Part shown: in pieces, positions 23,665 to 31,979 of the stretch
How the letters are laid out: each line of letters starts with the position of its first letter
Numbering within the stretch: the stretch's first letter is position 1
Assembly: GCA_964473665.1 (NCBI GenBank)
Contig: CAYYPV010000068.1
Location: 3,824-35,823, forward strand
Origin: an uncultured Candidatus Bathyarchaeia archaeon
GTDB taxonomy: Archaea; Thermoproteota; Bathyarchaeia; RBG-16-48-13; CAYPFQ01
Direction: 5' to 3'
Length of the DNA: 32,000 bases
Translations under genes and position numbers: made by a program
The notes under the pieces: model-generated
The model's database searches: none
What the model was told of the DNA's origin: nothing
What the model saw: only the letters and a program-made list of their open reading frames with translations

Positions 23665-23795
23665 GTGGGGCTGGCCGGATTTGAACCGGCGCCCTTTGGG
23701 TATCACCGCTCCAGAACTTCATCATCCCTTACGGTCTGTAAGCCCTATTAATTGCGCTCTGGAGCCCAACGTCATGCCGTGCTAGACTACAGCCC
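23665..23795 (-). tRNA. tRNA-Trp (CCA) with a 57-nt intron at 37/38
   Basis: Reverse complement: GGGGCTG TA GTC..GAC G TTGGG-CTCCAG[intron 23757..23701]A-CCCAA AGGGC GCCGG-TTCAAAT-CCGGC CAGCCCC A. The anticodon is the complement of 23759-23761 and the discriminator is A. Confidence 0.88.
23701..23757 (-). ncRNA. tRNA-Trp intron with box C/D-like guide elements
   Basis: The intron reads AGCGCAATTAATAGGGCTTACAGACCGTAAGGGATGATGAAGTTCTGGAGCGGTGAT. It contains AUGAUGA (23718-23724), a 12-nt spacer whose UCUGGAGC pairs with G31-G37 of the same tRNA, and then GUGA (23702-23705). Confidence 0.45.
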
Positions 23796-23890
23796 CACGT
23801 AATTCAGAGAAAATTCAAAGTCAGAATATATAGATTTCCCGCGGAGGCTGTTAAGTAAAATTTAATTATCGGACTTATCTGTGTGTCTTT

Positions 23891-24017
23891 GGGGTTGCCG
23901 ATCATAGGGCCTTGGAAACACCCGATCCCGTTCCGAACTCGGAAGTTAAGCGGGGCTCCGTTTCCAGCTTTAGTATGATGCGAAAGCTCACGCGAACCTG
24001 GGAAAGTTGGCAACTCC
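23891..24017 (+). rRNA. rrf: 5S ribosomal RNA (stand-alone)
   Basis: The hallmark ACACCCGATCCCGTTCCGAACTCGGAAGTTAAGC is present. Terminal helix I pairs GGGGTTGCC with GGCAACTCC. The tracked minus-strand ORF 23804-24019 is an artefact over this gene. Confidence 0.9.
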
Positions 24018-24127
24018 ACTGATTATAATATTAGAGTTTTTAAAAGAAAATTCATCATTTTTAAGGGTTATATTTATAACTGGGAGCGCTCTTTTTTTAA
24101 TGAAACCTAATTAGAGATGTCGCATAA

Positions 24128-25243
24128 GTGTTTCAAATTTTCCAGATTCTTGGCAGCACCACTACCGCAAGCATAATCGGATATCTAATCAGTTTTGCCA
24201 TTTTCATAATTTTCTTCATGTTTTGGAATAGAATCCAAATTTACACTTGGTTAAGAGATATTGAGCGTAATTTAGGCAGAATTAAAGTTGTACGCGATGA
24301 CGCAAGACAGATTTCAATTGAAACACTTAAGAACGTCGGAAAACCGAAGGAAGATCCAACTCAAAAAATTGACCAGTTCTTAGAATATTTCTTTATTGAA
24401 CCAACAGGGATGGACCCTTCAGGTATTGTCTGGAAGTTCGACCATCTTCTGGATGTTAGAGAGTTAAGATTTAAAGATGAAGTTAAAGCAATGGCTCCAG
24501 AAGCTGATGAGGCACAGGTTAATAATTTAGAGAACTTGCTTGAGGCATCTCTCGATTTGAACATGATTTACAAAGTTGTACGACATTACTTCCTTTTCGC
24601 AAAGAGAACATCGAGCCAATTCATAGTAATTCAGCTGCAGATGATTATGCCTCAGATTATGGAATTGATAGACGCCTATATGGGTGCAGTAAAAGCATTT
24701 TCGACCGGGCAACCGATAGGCGACGGCGCTGGCGCATTTGTGGCAGCTAAACTAATGCATGGAAAGGAGGCTCGAAAAATCGAGAAGGACATGGTAGTCT
24801 CCGAAGTTCCTATCGATGGGAGAAGAGTTTTTGTTACGAAAGCTGAAGGTCCTGGCGGAAATGTGGGTAAGCCTGGCGACGCAATAAAGACCATTGTCGA
24901 TGAGTGCGAGGGAAGAGTTTCAATGATTATTATGATTGATGCGCAAGTGAAACTTGAGGGTGAAAACAGCGGAGATACCGCTGAAGCTATAGGCGCTGCT
25001 ATCGGTGGAATTGGGACTGAAAAGTATAAAATTGAAGACGCATTGTTGAAGTACAAAATTCCGGTAAATGCAATTCTAATCAAAGAGTCTATTCAAGAAG
25101 CCATCTCTCCAATGAAGAAGGAAATTGTCACCGGCGTTGACAAGGCTGTTGTCGCAATTAATCGGCTTATCTCTGAAAGAACTAAGCCTGGTGACACAGT
25201 TATCGTTGCTGGAATAGGAAACACTATGGGCATAGGCCAATAG
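24128..25243 (+). CDS. conserved archaeal-looking hypothetical protein with an N-terminal membrane anchor (possibly DUF1512-like)
   Basis: 371 aa with one N-terminal TM (IIGYLISFAIFIIFFMFW). Motifs include FFIEPTGMDPSGIV, GQPIGDGAGAFVAAKLM and a Gly-rich AIGAAIGGIGTEKYK. The family name is from memory only. The start is GTG. Confidence 0.55.
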   Translation: MFQIFQILGSTTTASIIGYLISFAIFIIFFMFWNRIQIYTWLRDIERNLGRIKVVRDDARQISIETLKNVGKPKEDPTQKIDQFLEYFFIEPTGMDPSGIVWKFDHLLDVRELRFKDEVKAMAPEADEAQVNNLENLLEASLDLNMIYKVVRHYFLFAKRTSSQFIVIQLQMIMPQIMELIDAYMGAVKAFSTGQPIGDGAGAFVAAKLMHGKEARKIEKDMVVSEVPIDGRRVFVTKAEGPGGNVGKPGDAIKTIVDECEGRVSMIIMIDAQVKLEGENSGDTAEAIGAAIGGIGTEKYKIEDALLKYKIPVNAILIKESIQEAISPMKKEIVTGVDKAVVAINRLISERTKPGDTVIVAGIGNTMGIGQ

Positions 25244-25257
25244 GGAGTTGAAGCTAA

Positions 25258-25680
25258 GTGAGTGAAAGGCAACGGACAGGAACGGGAATAGGTGTAAGCA
25301 CCATATTCCTGTACTTCATAGTGTTGGCAGCACTTTTCGTGATCTCCATCTGGTTTTTGTACGTTGGATTAACTTCTTACGTTTCAGGAGAATTCGAGAC
25401 GGCTACAGTAATGGCTCTCATAGGAGTCATTGGATTAGGTATCTCATTAATTGTTCTTCGAAGATTAAGAAGAAGAATAATGGTTCCACTTCAGCAACCA
25501 CTAATCCCCCTAAACGTTTTAACAGTCGAACAATGCGATAAGTGCGGGTTCAAAAATGTAAAGAAGTTTGAACGTGGCGATTACGTCTTTAAGACAGCGG
25601 AAAAATGCCCAAAATGTGGCACTTTAACAACTATAACTTCAATCTATTATGAAGGATTAGTTAAGAAACAGTACCAGTAA
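25258..25680 (+). CDS. two-TM membrane protein with a C-terminal C4 zinc ribbon, hypothetical
   Basis: Two hydrophobic helices are followed by CDKCGFKN...x17...CPKCG. The GTG start lies 14 nt after the upstream stop, with GGAG upstream. Confidence 0.55.
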   Translation: MSERQRTGTGIGVSTIFLYFIVLAALFVISIWFLYVGLTSYVSGEFETATVMALIGVIGLGISLIVLRRLRRRIMVPLQQPLIPLNVLTVEQCDKCGFKNVKKFERGDYVFKTAEKCPKCGTLTTITSIYYEGLVKKQYQ

Positions 25681-25692
25681 CTATTTCTTGTT

Positions 25693-26604
25693 TTAAATCG
25701 TTAAAACGATGCACTCATTTTCCGTTACGATTACGGTATGTTCAACTTGAGCAACTATGTTACCGCTTTCCTCAACTAAAACTGGGTATGCCATTAGGGC
25801 CCTAGAATAAAGAAGCTCATTAAAAGCTCCTTCAAACTCTTCAGGCGGCAGCTCATTGTAAATCCAACGCTTAGAAAATGGCAGCGTATAAAATTCCGTT
25901 TTAATTTTTTGAAGAAGAAGTTTTGCACCCTCTTCTTTTTGCGGTCTTTCCTTCACATAGCGGTAGATGAACGTTTCCATTGAATCAACAACTTTCCCAT
26001 TAGCATTCTTATATGTCACAAAAGGTTCAATAGCATAAACTTCATCCGCCTCTATTTTTGTTCCATTCAGGCGGGAAACATTAGGAATTGATTTTCCGGC
26101 ATGGAGTGTGAATCTAACCATTTTATGACCGTTTAGGTTCCAAATCGGTTTAAATCCATAGCTTTCTATGGTAGTTTGAATTAGACCTCCAACTTCCGAA
26201 GCTTTAGCTCCATCTCTAATTGATTTGAAGGCTTTGTTTATTGCGTTTTCAGCAGCTTCAAAGAGTGGTGCATACTCAGGGTTCAAGCAAACTGTTGTCG
26301 CTGTATCTACAATGTAGCCATCAATATGGACACCTAAGTCAACTTTCACTAAGGATCCGTTTGGAATAACATTTGTATCGCTTGGTGGTGAAGTATAATG
26401 CGCCGCTACATCATTAATGCAAATGTTGCATGGAAAAGCTGGTTGTCCACCTTTTTCACGTATCATGGATTCCACTTTTTCGCAGACTTCTATTATCGGC
26501 ATTGTCTCACGAACCATGTTTCTTGCTGCGCCACGAACCTCGGAGGCAATTTTTCCTGCCTTATAGTATTTCTGTAGAATATCTTCTGGAAGCAAAAGAT
26601 GCAC
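25693..26604 (-). CDS. map: methionine aminopeptidase, type 2 (archaeal)
   Basis: Motifs are FPCNICINDVAAHYTSPP, VKVDLGVHIDGYIVDTA, NLNGH and AQVEHTVIV. The start is GTG. Confidence 0.9.
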   Translation of the reverse strand: MHLLLPEDILQKYYKAGKIASEVRGAARNMVRETMPIIEVCEKVESMIREKGGQPAFPCNICINDVAAHYTSPPSDTNVIPNGSLVKVDLGVHIDGYIVDTATTVCLNPEYAPLFEAAENAINKAFKSIRDGAKASEVGGLIQTTIESYGFKPIWNLNGHKMVRFTLHAGKSIPNVSRLNGTKIEADEVYAIEPFVTYKNANGKVVDSMETFIYRYVKERPQKEEGAKLLLQKIKTEFYTLPFSKRWIYNELPPEEFEGAFNELLYSRALMAYPVLVEESGNIVAQVEHTVIVTENECIVLTI

Positions 26605-26675
26605 TCACCTACGCCAAATTCCTTAAATCTTGAATCATTTAAAAAGATTTAGAGCTACTTAGGGGAAAAAACGTT

Positions 26676-27137
26676 ATGTATAGCAAAGTTGTTCTTGGCG
26701 GCACCTTTGATGTAATTCATAAAGGACACATAATGCTTCTGAAAAGAGCTTTTGATCTAAGCAAATTAGTCTCAATCGGGTTAACTACCGAGAACTTTGC
26801 TACGAAAGTTAAGTCCTACCCCGTCATAAATTATGAGAAAAGAAAGCAAATATTAGAAAACTTTATGAAAAAGGAAGGGTGGACGAATAAATATGAGATT
26901 TTACCGCTTAGCGATCCATACGGCATAGCTACCTCCGCAGAAGACATCGAAGCAATAGTTGTAAGTGAAGAAACCTTACCGCCTGCAAGAGAGATAAACG
27001 CGATAAGGAGGAGGAAAAAACTGTATCCTCTAGATATTATTTGCGTAGGAACTGTTTTTGCCGATGACAAAAAGCCGATTACAGCTACTAGAATAAGAAA
27101 TGGGGATATCGATTCGGACGGCCGTTTACTTAAGTAG
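26676..27137 (+). CDS. phosphopantetheine adenylyltransferase, archaeal type (cytidylyltransferase family)
   Basis: VVLGGTFDVIHKGHIMLL carries the (T/H)xGH nucleotidyltransferase motif. The length is about 150 aa and the C-terminal ITATRIRNG fits the family. Confidence 0.8.
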   Translation: MYSKVVLGGTFDVIHKGHIMLLKRAFDLSKLVSIGLTTENFATKVKSYPVINYEKRKQILENFMKKEGWTNKYEILPLSDPYGIATSAEDIEAIVVSEETLPPAREINAIRRRKKLYPLDIICVGTVFADDKKPITATRIRNGDIDSDGRLLK

Positions 27138-27140
27138 TGC

Positions 27141-28268
27141 CTATTTTTTCTTTCTAACCAGAATTTCTTCCGCTAGATCCATGAATGATTCACGTTTTCT
27201 TTGATGCTCTCTCAAGCTATTAACGGCGTATTCCCGAAGCTCCATTTTACACTCTCCACAAAGCCTTTCTCCATGAATGCACTCCTCATACACATTTCGG
27301 ACTTTTTTATCGTCCTCACAAAAGTGGAATAAGTATAAGTCATAAACAGGGCATTTGTAAGCCTCACCACCTAACTTCCTCTGCAGCTCTTCAGTTTCCC
27401 TCCCGCCTGTGAAAGAACTAGTAATCTTCTTCCCAACAATATCAAGGTCATCACTTAAGAGAAGATAACCCATCGGATCCCTTTTTGACATTTTATCCGC
27501 TCCAGTGGAAAGTGATCGAATTAATTTATGGTAGGTTGCGCTTGGAACAATAAACTTAAACCGGTCTTGGTATTTTTGCGCAAGATCTCTTGTTAATCGA
27601 ATATGCGGATCTTGGTCAGCGCCGACAGGAACAACAACAGGTTTTGGCCCATTAAAGTCCTTAAGTTGTGGAAGAAGTATGTCCCCTGCTTGAACCAATG
27701 CAGATAGATAGTGACCGAAGGATTTTTCTCCATATATCGCCTTAAGCATACTGTGAGTTACGCCTCTGGAAAAAATGAATGACAAATTCATTACGCGAAT
27801 TTCTTCTGACTGCTTGTAGACGTACGCCCTTTTTGGGTCAAGTCCCAACGCTAGCATATCGGCGACATTGCCCACAGCGATCTTTTCACTCTCACTAAAC
27901 GGCACCCCATTATCCGCATAGGCTTCTACGTCCGCAATGCAATAGGAAGCTGTGGCTTTCGGCGTTAAATGCTGGAAAAAAATAATCTCTTCAGCAGTCA
28001 TTTTAGAACCTAAATGAAATTCACCGGTTGGTTTTATTCCCGACATAACCGCGAACGGCCTACGCTCATGAACAGCATCCAAAATCGTTTTTAGATCTCT
28101 ATGCCCAAAAACTATTTTTCTACGCATATACCTGCTCTTTTTTAAAACCGGATTTTCCTCAAGCAAAGGCTCAATCGGCGTTATCCCAAACAATTTGAAT
28201 AGCCTATCATAATCCTCGAACTTCCACCTTGTACCCCAGGGGTCTATTGCAGGTGTTTTTTCAGCCAA
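27141..28268 (-). CDS. trpS: tryptophan--tRNA ligase (archaeal/eukaryotic type)
   Basis: The N-terminus is IDPWG...FEDYDRLFKLFGITPI. The HIGH-like motif is PTGEFHLGS and the KMSKS-like motif is DKMSKRD. The start is TTG. Confidence 0.88.
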   Translation of the reverse strand: MAEKTPAIDPWGTRWKFEDYDRLFKLFGITPIEPLLEENPVLKKSRYMRRKIVFGHRDLKTILDAVHERRPFAVMSGIKPTGEFHLGSKMTAEEIIFFQHLTPKATASYCIADVEAYADNGVPFSESEKIAVGNVADMLALGLDPKRAYVYKQSEEIRVMNLSFIFSRGVTHSMLKAIYGEKSFGHYLSALVQAGDILLPQLKDFNGPKPVVVPVGADQDPHIRLTRDLAQKYQDRFKFIVPSATYHKLIRSLSTGADKMSKRDPMGYLLLSDDLDIVGKKITSSFTGGRETEELQRKLGGEAYKCPVYDLYLFHFCEDDKKVRNVYEECIHGERLCGECKMELREYAVNSLREHQRKRESFMDLAEEILVRKKK

Positions 28269-28528
28269 TGAAAAGAAACTCCTTTAGAGACATATCTGTT
28301 AAAGGCATGGGAAATGATATAAGTTTTTGACAATCTACGGATAGGGTTGGTCATTGCAACGCAGAAATATAAGCCGTTTATTGCTTTACAGGTGAAAAAG
28401 GAATGGCTATGACAACTAAAGGGAATCTCTCACAGAAATCAATGCACATCTCTGTAAGTGCCGAAATTGCCTATTCATTTTGCTTCAAAAAAGTAGAATC
28501 GCGGCAAACAAATTGAGGTGAACCGGAA

Positions 28529-28675
28529 ATGGGAATAAATGTCTATACTTGTGACGAATGCGGACGAAGAATAAGACTTACTAAAAAAAGCAAAATCGAA
28601 GATTATCCATACTTCGTTAGTAATGAAAAAGTAATCTGCATGAAATGTAGATTACAAACGTCACGAACAGCTTAA
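28529..28675 (+). CDS. small (48 aa) zinc-ribbon protein, hypothetical; absent from the ORF track (<60 aa)
   Basis: The sequence is MGINVYTCDECGRRIRLTKKSKIEDYPYFVSNEKVICMKCRLQTSRTA, with CxxC...x25...CxxC. The SD GAGGTG lies 8 nt upstream of the ATG. Confidence 0.5.
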   Translation: MGINVYTCDECGRRIRLTKKSKIEDYPYFVSNEKVICMKCRLQTSRTA

Positions 28676-28791
28676 TGAAAAATGACAAAGTAAACAAAGC
28701 AATGGAAAACTAATACCGCCTAAGAGTGAGTGACTGAACTTAAAGGAAATTTTGATGAGCAAAATTCTTCATGATACTAGAGAGGAAAAAT

Positions 28792-30321
28792 ATGGTTACT
28801 TTACATAAAATTGAGAAGGAGCTCCTGCTCACCTTAAGGCAGGAAAAAAGGCTAACGGTGGATGAGATTGCAAAAAAGACAGGACTTAACGAAGCAGCTA
28901 TTATGCGTTCTTCATTATGGCTGTCATCAAAAAATCTGGCTAAAATTTCGGAAGAAAGCGAAAGTTTTGTTCAATTGGGGTTCGAAGGTGAAAAGTTTCA
29001 AATAAACAATTTGCCTGAAAGGCGACTTGTTAATGCTGTATTGGAATTAGGGAAGAAGGCAAAACTTGAAGATGTCCTAGAAAAAGCAGGTCTTACAAAG
29101 CAAGAGGGGTCAATAGCTCTTGGTTGGGCTAAACGTAAAGGATGGCTTCATACCCAAAGAGAAGGAGAGACACTCATCCTTGAAGTTGAGAAGGAGCCAG
29201 AAAAAGATTTAGATGAATTATTAATTAAATTGTTGAAGAAAAATCCAACTCCTTTAGGCATATTGCCATCAGAGCTCATTAAAGGATTAGATAATTTGCG
29301 AATTAGGCCTAATGTAGTTATTATTAGCACAGAAACTAAACGCTCAATTTCACTTACAGATAAAGGATTGAAAACTGCACAGCAAGTTGAGGCCCTCGCA
29401 GAAGAAGTCAGCCAATTAACACCTGAATTAATACGCACGGGCAAGTGGCGTTCAGTTAAGCTTAGAGAATTCGACGTTAAGGCGCCAGGTCCACGGTTTC
29501 ACCCGGCGAAGATTCACCCAGCTGAACAGATAATTCAGCAAGTAAGAAGAATTTTTCTACAGATGGGCTTCACTGAGATTCGCGGCTCTATAATTGAAAC
29601 TGCATTTTGGAATTTCGATGCGTTATTCCAACCTCAAGATCATCCAGCCAGAGAAATGATGGATACATTTTACATTGCAAAGCCAAAACTGGGAAAATTG
29701 CCCAATGAAAAAATAGTTAGTCAAGTTGGAAAGACACATGAAAATGGCTGGATAACCGGTTCTACAGGCTGGGGCTATAAATGGAAACGTGAAGAAGCTA
29801 GAAAGTTGCTTTTAAGAACACATACAACAGCTGAAACTATTCGATTTCTTTCAAAGCACAGGGAAATACCTTTGAAGGTTTTTTCAGTTGATCGCGTCTA
29901 CCGAAACGAGAAAATAGATTACAAACATTTAGCGGAATTTCACCAAATCGAGGGAATAGTAATGGATAATAATGTAACTTTACGCGATTTAATGGGCACC
30001 CTGAAAGAGTTTTATATGAAGCTTGGTTTGGAGAAAGTTCAATTTTGGCCCAGCTATTTCCCGTACACCGAACCATCTGTACAAAGCACTGTTTATGTGC
30101 CTGAACTTGAGGCTTGGGTTGAACTTTGCGGAATGGGAGTATTTCGGCCAGAAGTAACTAAACCACTCGGCATAAATTATCCCGTTCTAGCTTGGGGAGG
30201 AGGACTAGAGCGAATTATCATGCTGAAACTCGGCGTTGAAGACATACGTAATCTTTACAGAAACGACTTAGGTTGGATTAGAAGTACACCGACTATTCGA
30301 GGGATTCCATTACGCCTGTAA
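28792..30321 (+). CDS. pheS: phenylalanine--tRNA ligase alpha subunit (archaeal type)
   Basis: N-terminal wHTH repeats are followed by a class II core (FQPQDHPAREMMDTFY, VYRNEKIDYKHLAEFHQIEG, GGGLERI). ATG 28792, preceded by GAGAGG, is preferred over the tracked ATG 28771. Confidence 0.9.
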   Translation: MVTLHKIEKELLLTLRQEKRLTVDEIAKKTGLNEAAIMRSSLWLSSKNLAKISEESESFVQLGFEGEKFQINNLPERRLVNAVLELGKKAKLEDVLEKAGLTKQEGSIALGWAKRKGWLHTQREGETLILEVEKEPEKDLDELLIKLLKKNPTPLGILPSELIKGLDNLRIRPNVVIISTETKRSISLTDKGLKTAQQVEALAEEVSQLTPELIRTGKWRSVKLREFDVKAPGPRFHPAKIHPAEQIIQQVRRIFLQMGFTEIRGSIIETAFWNFDALFQPQDHPAREMMDTFYIAKPKLGKLPNEKIVSQVGKTHENGWITGSTGWGYKWKREEARKLLLRTHTTAETIRFLSKHREIPLKVFSVDRVYRNEKIDYKHLAEFHQIEGIVMDNNVTLRDLMGTLKEFYMKLGLEKVQFWPSYFPYTEPSVQSTVYVPELEAWVELCGMGVFRPEVTKPLGINYPVLAWGGGLERIIMLKLGVEDIRNLYRNDLGWIRSTPTIRGIPLRL

Positions 30322-31979
30322 TAACCTTAGACAGAGACCGTTTCAGCAAATTTGCTGGGCGCCAACTTACTGTTGAGGAAATGGCGAAGTGGTTACCTTG
30401 GCTTGGTGTAGATCTTGAAGACGTTGGAAAAGATTACGTGAAAATCGAATTTAACCCTAATAGGCTAGATTTCTGCAGTTACGCAGGTGTTGCCAGAGCT
30501 CTTAGAGGTCTAAGAGAATGGGAAATTGGTTTAGAAGCGTACGATGTACACAGCGGGCCAACAGTGTTAACTGTGGACTCGAGCGTACTGAAAGTTAGAC
30601 CGCACATACTATGTGTGGTTGTTCGAAAATTATCTCTTGACTCTGAAGATATAAAAGAATTAATGGAAATGCAGGAGGATTTACATTGGGGACTCGGAAG
30701 AAACAGAGTAAAAGTTTCTATTGGAGTTCATGACTTAAGTAAAGTCCATCCACCATTCACGTACTTGGCTTCAGATCCCAACAGAGTTAGATTTGTACCA
30801 CTTGATAAAACAGAAGAAATGAATCTACAGGAAATTCTTGAAAAACATGAAAAAGGTATAGCTTTCAGGAAAATCCTAGAAGGAACCGGCAATTATCCAA
30901 TAATTATCGACTCTGAGCATACAGTCCTCTCATTTCCACCGATAATTAACGCTGAATTGACAAGGGTGACCAGCACGACTAGGGATTTGTTTATTGATGT
31001 AACTGGTTTAGATATGCTTGCAGTAAAAAGGAGCTTAAACATTCTAGTTACAGCTCTAGCCGATATGGGTGGATTAATTGAAAATGTTTCGGTGAAATAT
31101 CCAAACAAAGTCATTGTCTCCCCGGATTTGAAACCGCAACAAATGAAGATGAACATAAATTCAGCATGTGAATTGTTAGGCTTAAAACTCTCAAAAAATG
31201 AAACGATAAAATGTCTTAGAAAATGCCGATTAGATGTTGAAGCGGCTGGAAATGGCGTTTTAAGCGTCCTAATTCCAGCCTATAGAATTGACATTATGCA
31301 TGAAGTTGATCTCGCTGAAGAAGTTGCAATTGGCTATGGATACTATAGAATCGAACCTACAAGACCTAGAACAGTTACAACGGGCCAGCCAAACGAAATT
31401 TTTGAGCTGGCTAACCATATTCGGCATATCATGATCGGTTTAGGTTTCACCGAAGTCTTGAATTTTATACTTACAAATGAAGAGATTCATTATCGCAAGA
31501 TGAATCAGAAATTCGGCGGCGCTATCAAACTCGCCAACCCAGTCTCATCGGAATACTCCATAATCCGAGAAAGCCTATTACCAGGATTGATGCGAAATCT
31601 GGCAGATAATAAACATGAGAGTTATCCACAACGTTTGTTTGAGGTATCCGACGTGATAAAGGTCAATGAGAAACTTGAAACTTGCTCTGAACGACTACTC
31701 CATCTAGCTGGTGTTTCATCACACCCCACAGCAAATTTCACAGAAATTAAGTCGAGCGTTGAAGCTTTGCTATCAAACATGGCCATCGAGAATTTACAAA
31801 TTAAGGAGATAAAACATCCAAGTTTTCTAACAGGAAGAGTTGCAGCTGTTCTAATTGGTACAAAAGAAATAGGAATCTTAGGTGAAGCACATCTAGAAGT
31901 TCTCAGCAATTTTGAGCTAGAAAATCCCACAGGTATGTTCGAGATTTCACTGGAGGAAATCCTGAGGCTGAAACATTAA
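30312..31979 (+). CDS. pheT: phenylalanine--tRNA ligase beta subunit (archaeal type), apparently with a non-canonical start
   Basis: The frame is open from 30282. (T)PVITLDRDRFSKFAGRQLTVEEMAKWLPWLGVDLEDV aligns with the canonical archaeal PheT N-terminus (MP.. ..DL.RL.GK.LS.EE...). The tracked ATG 30381 would remove this segment. The candidate starts are ACG 30312 or ATT 30309. Confidence 0.85.
   Translation, partial: TPVITLDRDRFSKFAGRQLTVEEMAKWLPWLGVDLEDVGKDYVKIEFNPNRLDFCSYAGVARALRGLREWEIGLEAYDVHSGPTVLTVDSSVLKVRPHILCVVVRKLSLDSEDIKELMEMQEDLHWGLGRNRVKVSIGVHDLSKVHPPFTYLASDPNRVRFVPLDKTEEMNLQEILEKHEKGIAFRKILEGTGNYPIIIDSEHTVLSFPPIINAELTRVTSTTRDLFIDVTGLDMLAVKRSLNILVTALADMGGLIENVSVKYPNKVIVSPDLKPQQMKMNINSACELLGLKLSKNETIKCLRKCRLDVEAAGNGVLSVLIPAYRIDIMHEVDLAEEVAIGYGYYRIEPTRPRTVTTGQPNEIFELANHIRHIMIGLGFTEVLNFILTNEEIHYRKMNQKFGGAIKLANPVSSEYSIIRESLLPGLMRNLADNKHESYPQRLFEVSDVIKVNEKLETCSERLLHLAGVSSHPTANFTEIKSSVEALLSNMAIENLQIKEIKHPSFLTGRVAAVLIGTKEIGILGEAHLEVLSNFELENPTGMFEISLEEILRLKH

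Noticed and set aside
23804-24019. 71-aa minus-strand ORF
   Set aside because: It overlaps the plus-strand 5S rRNA gene (hallmark CCGAACTCGGAAGTTAAGC), so it is an ORF-caller artefact.
28673-28740. Possible C/D sRNA (ATGACAA ... CTGA at about 28733) upstream of pheS
   Set aside because: The C box is degenerate (AAUGACA), there is no credible C'/D' pair, and the resemblance is at chance level in AT-rich DNA.
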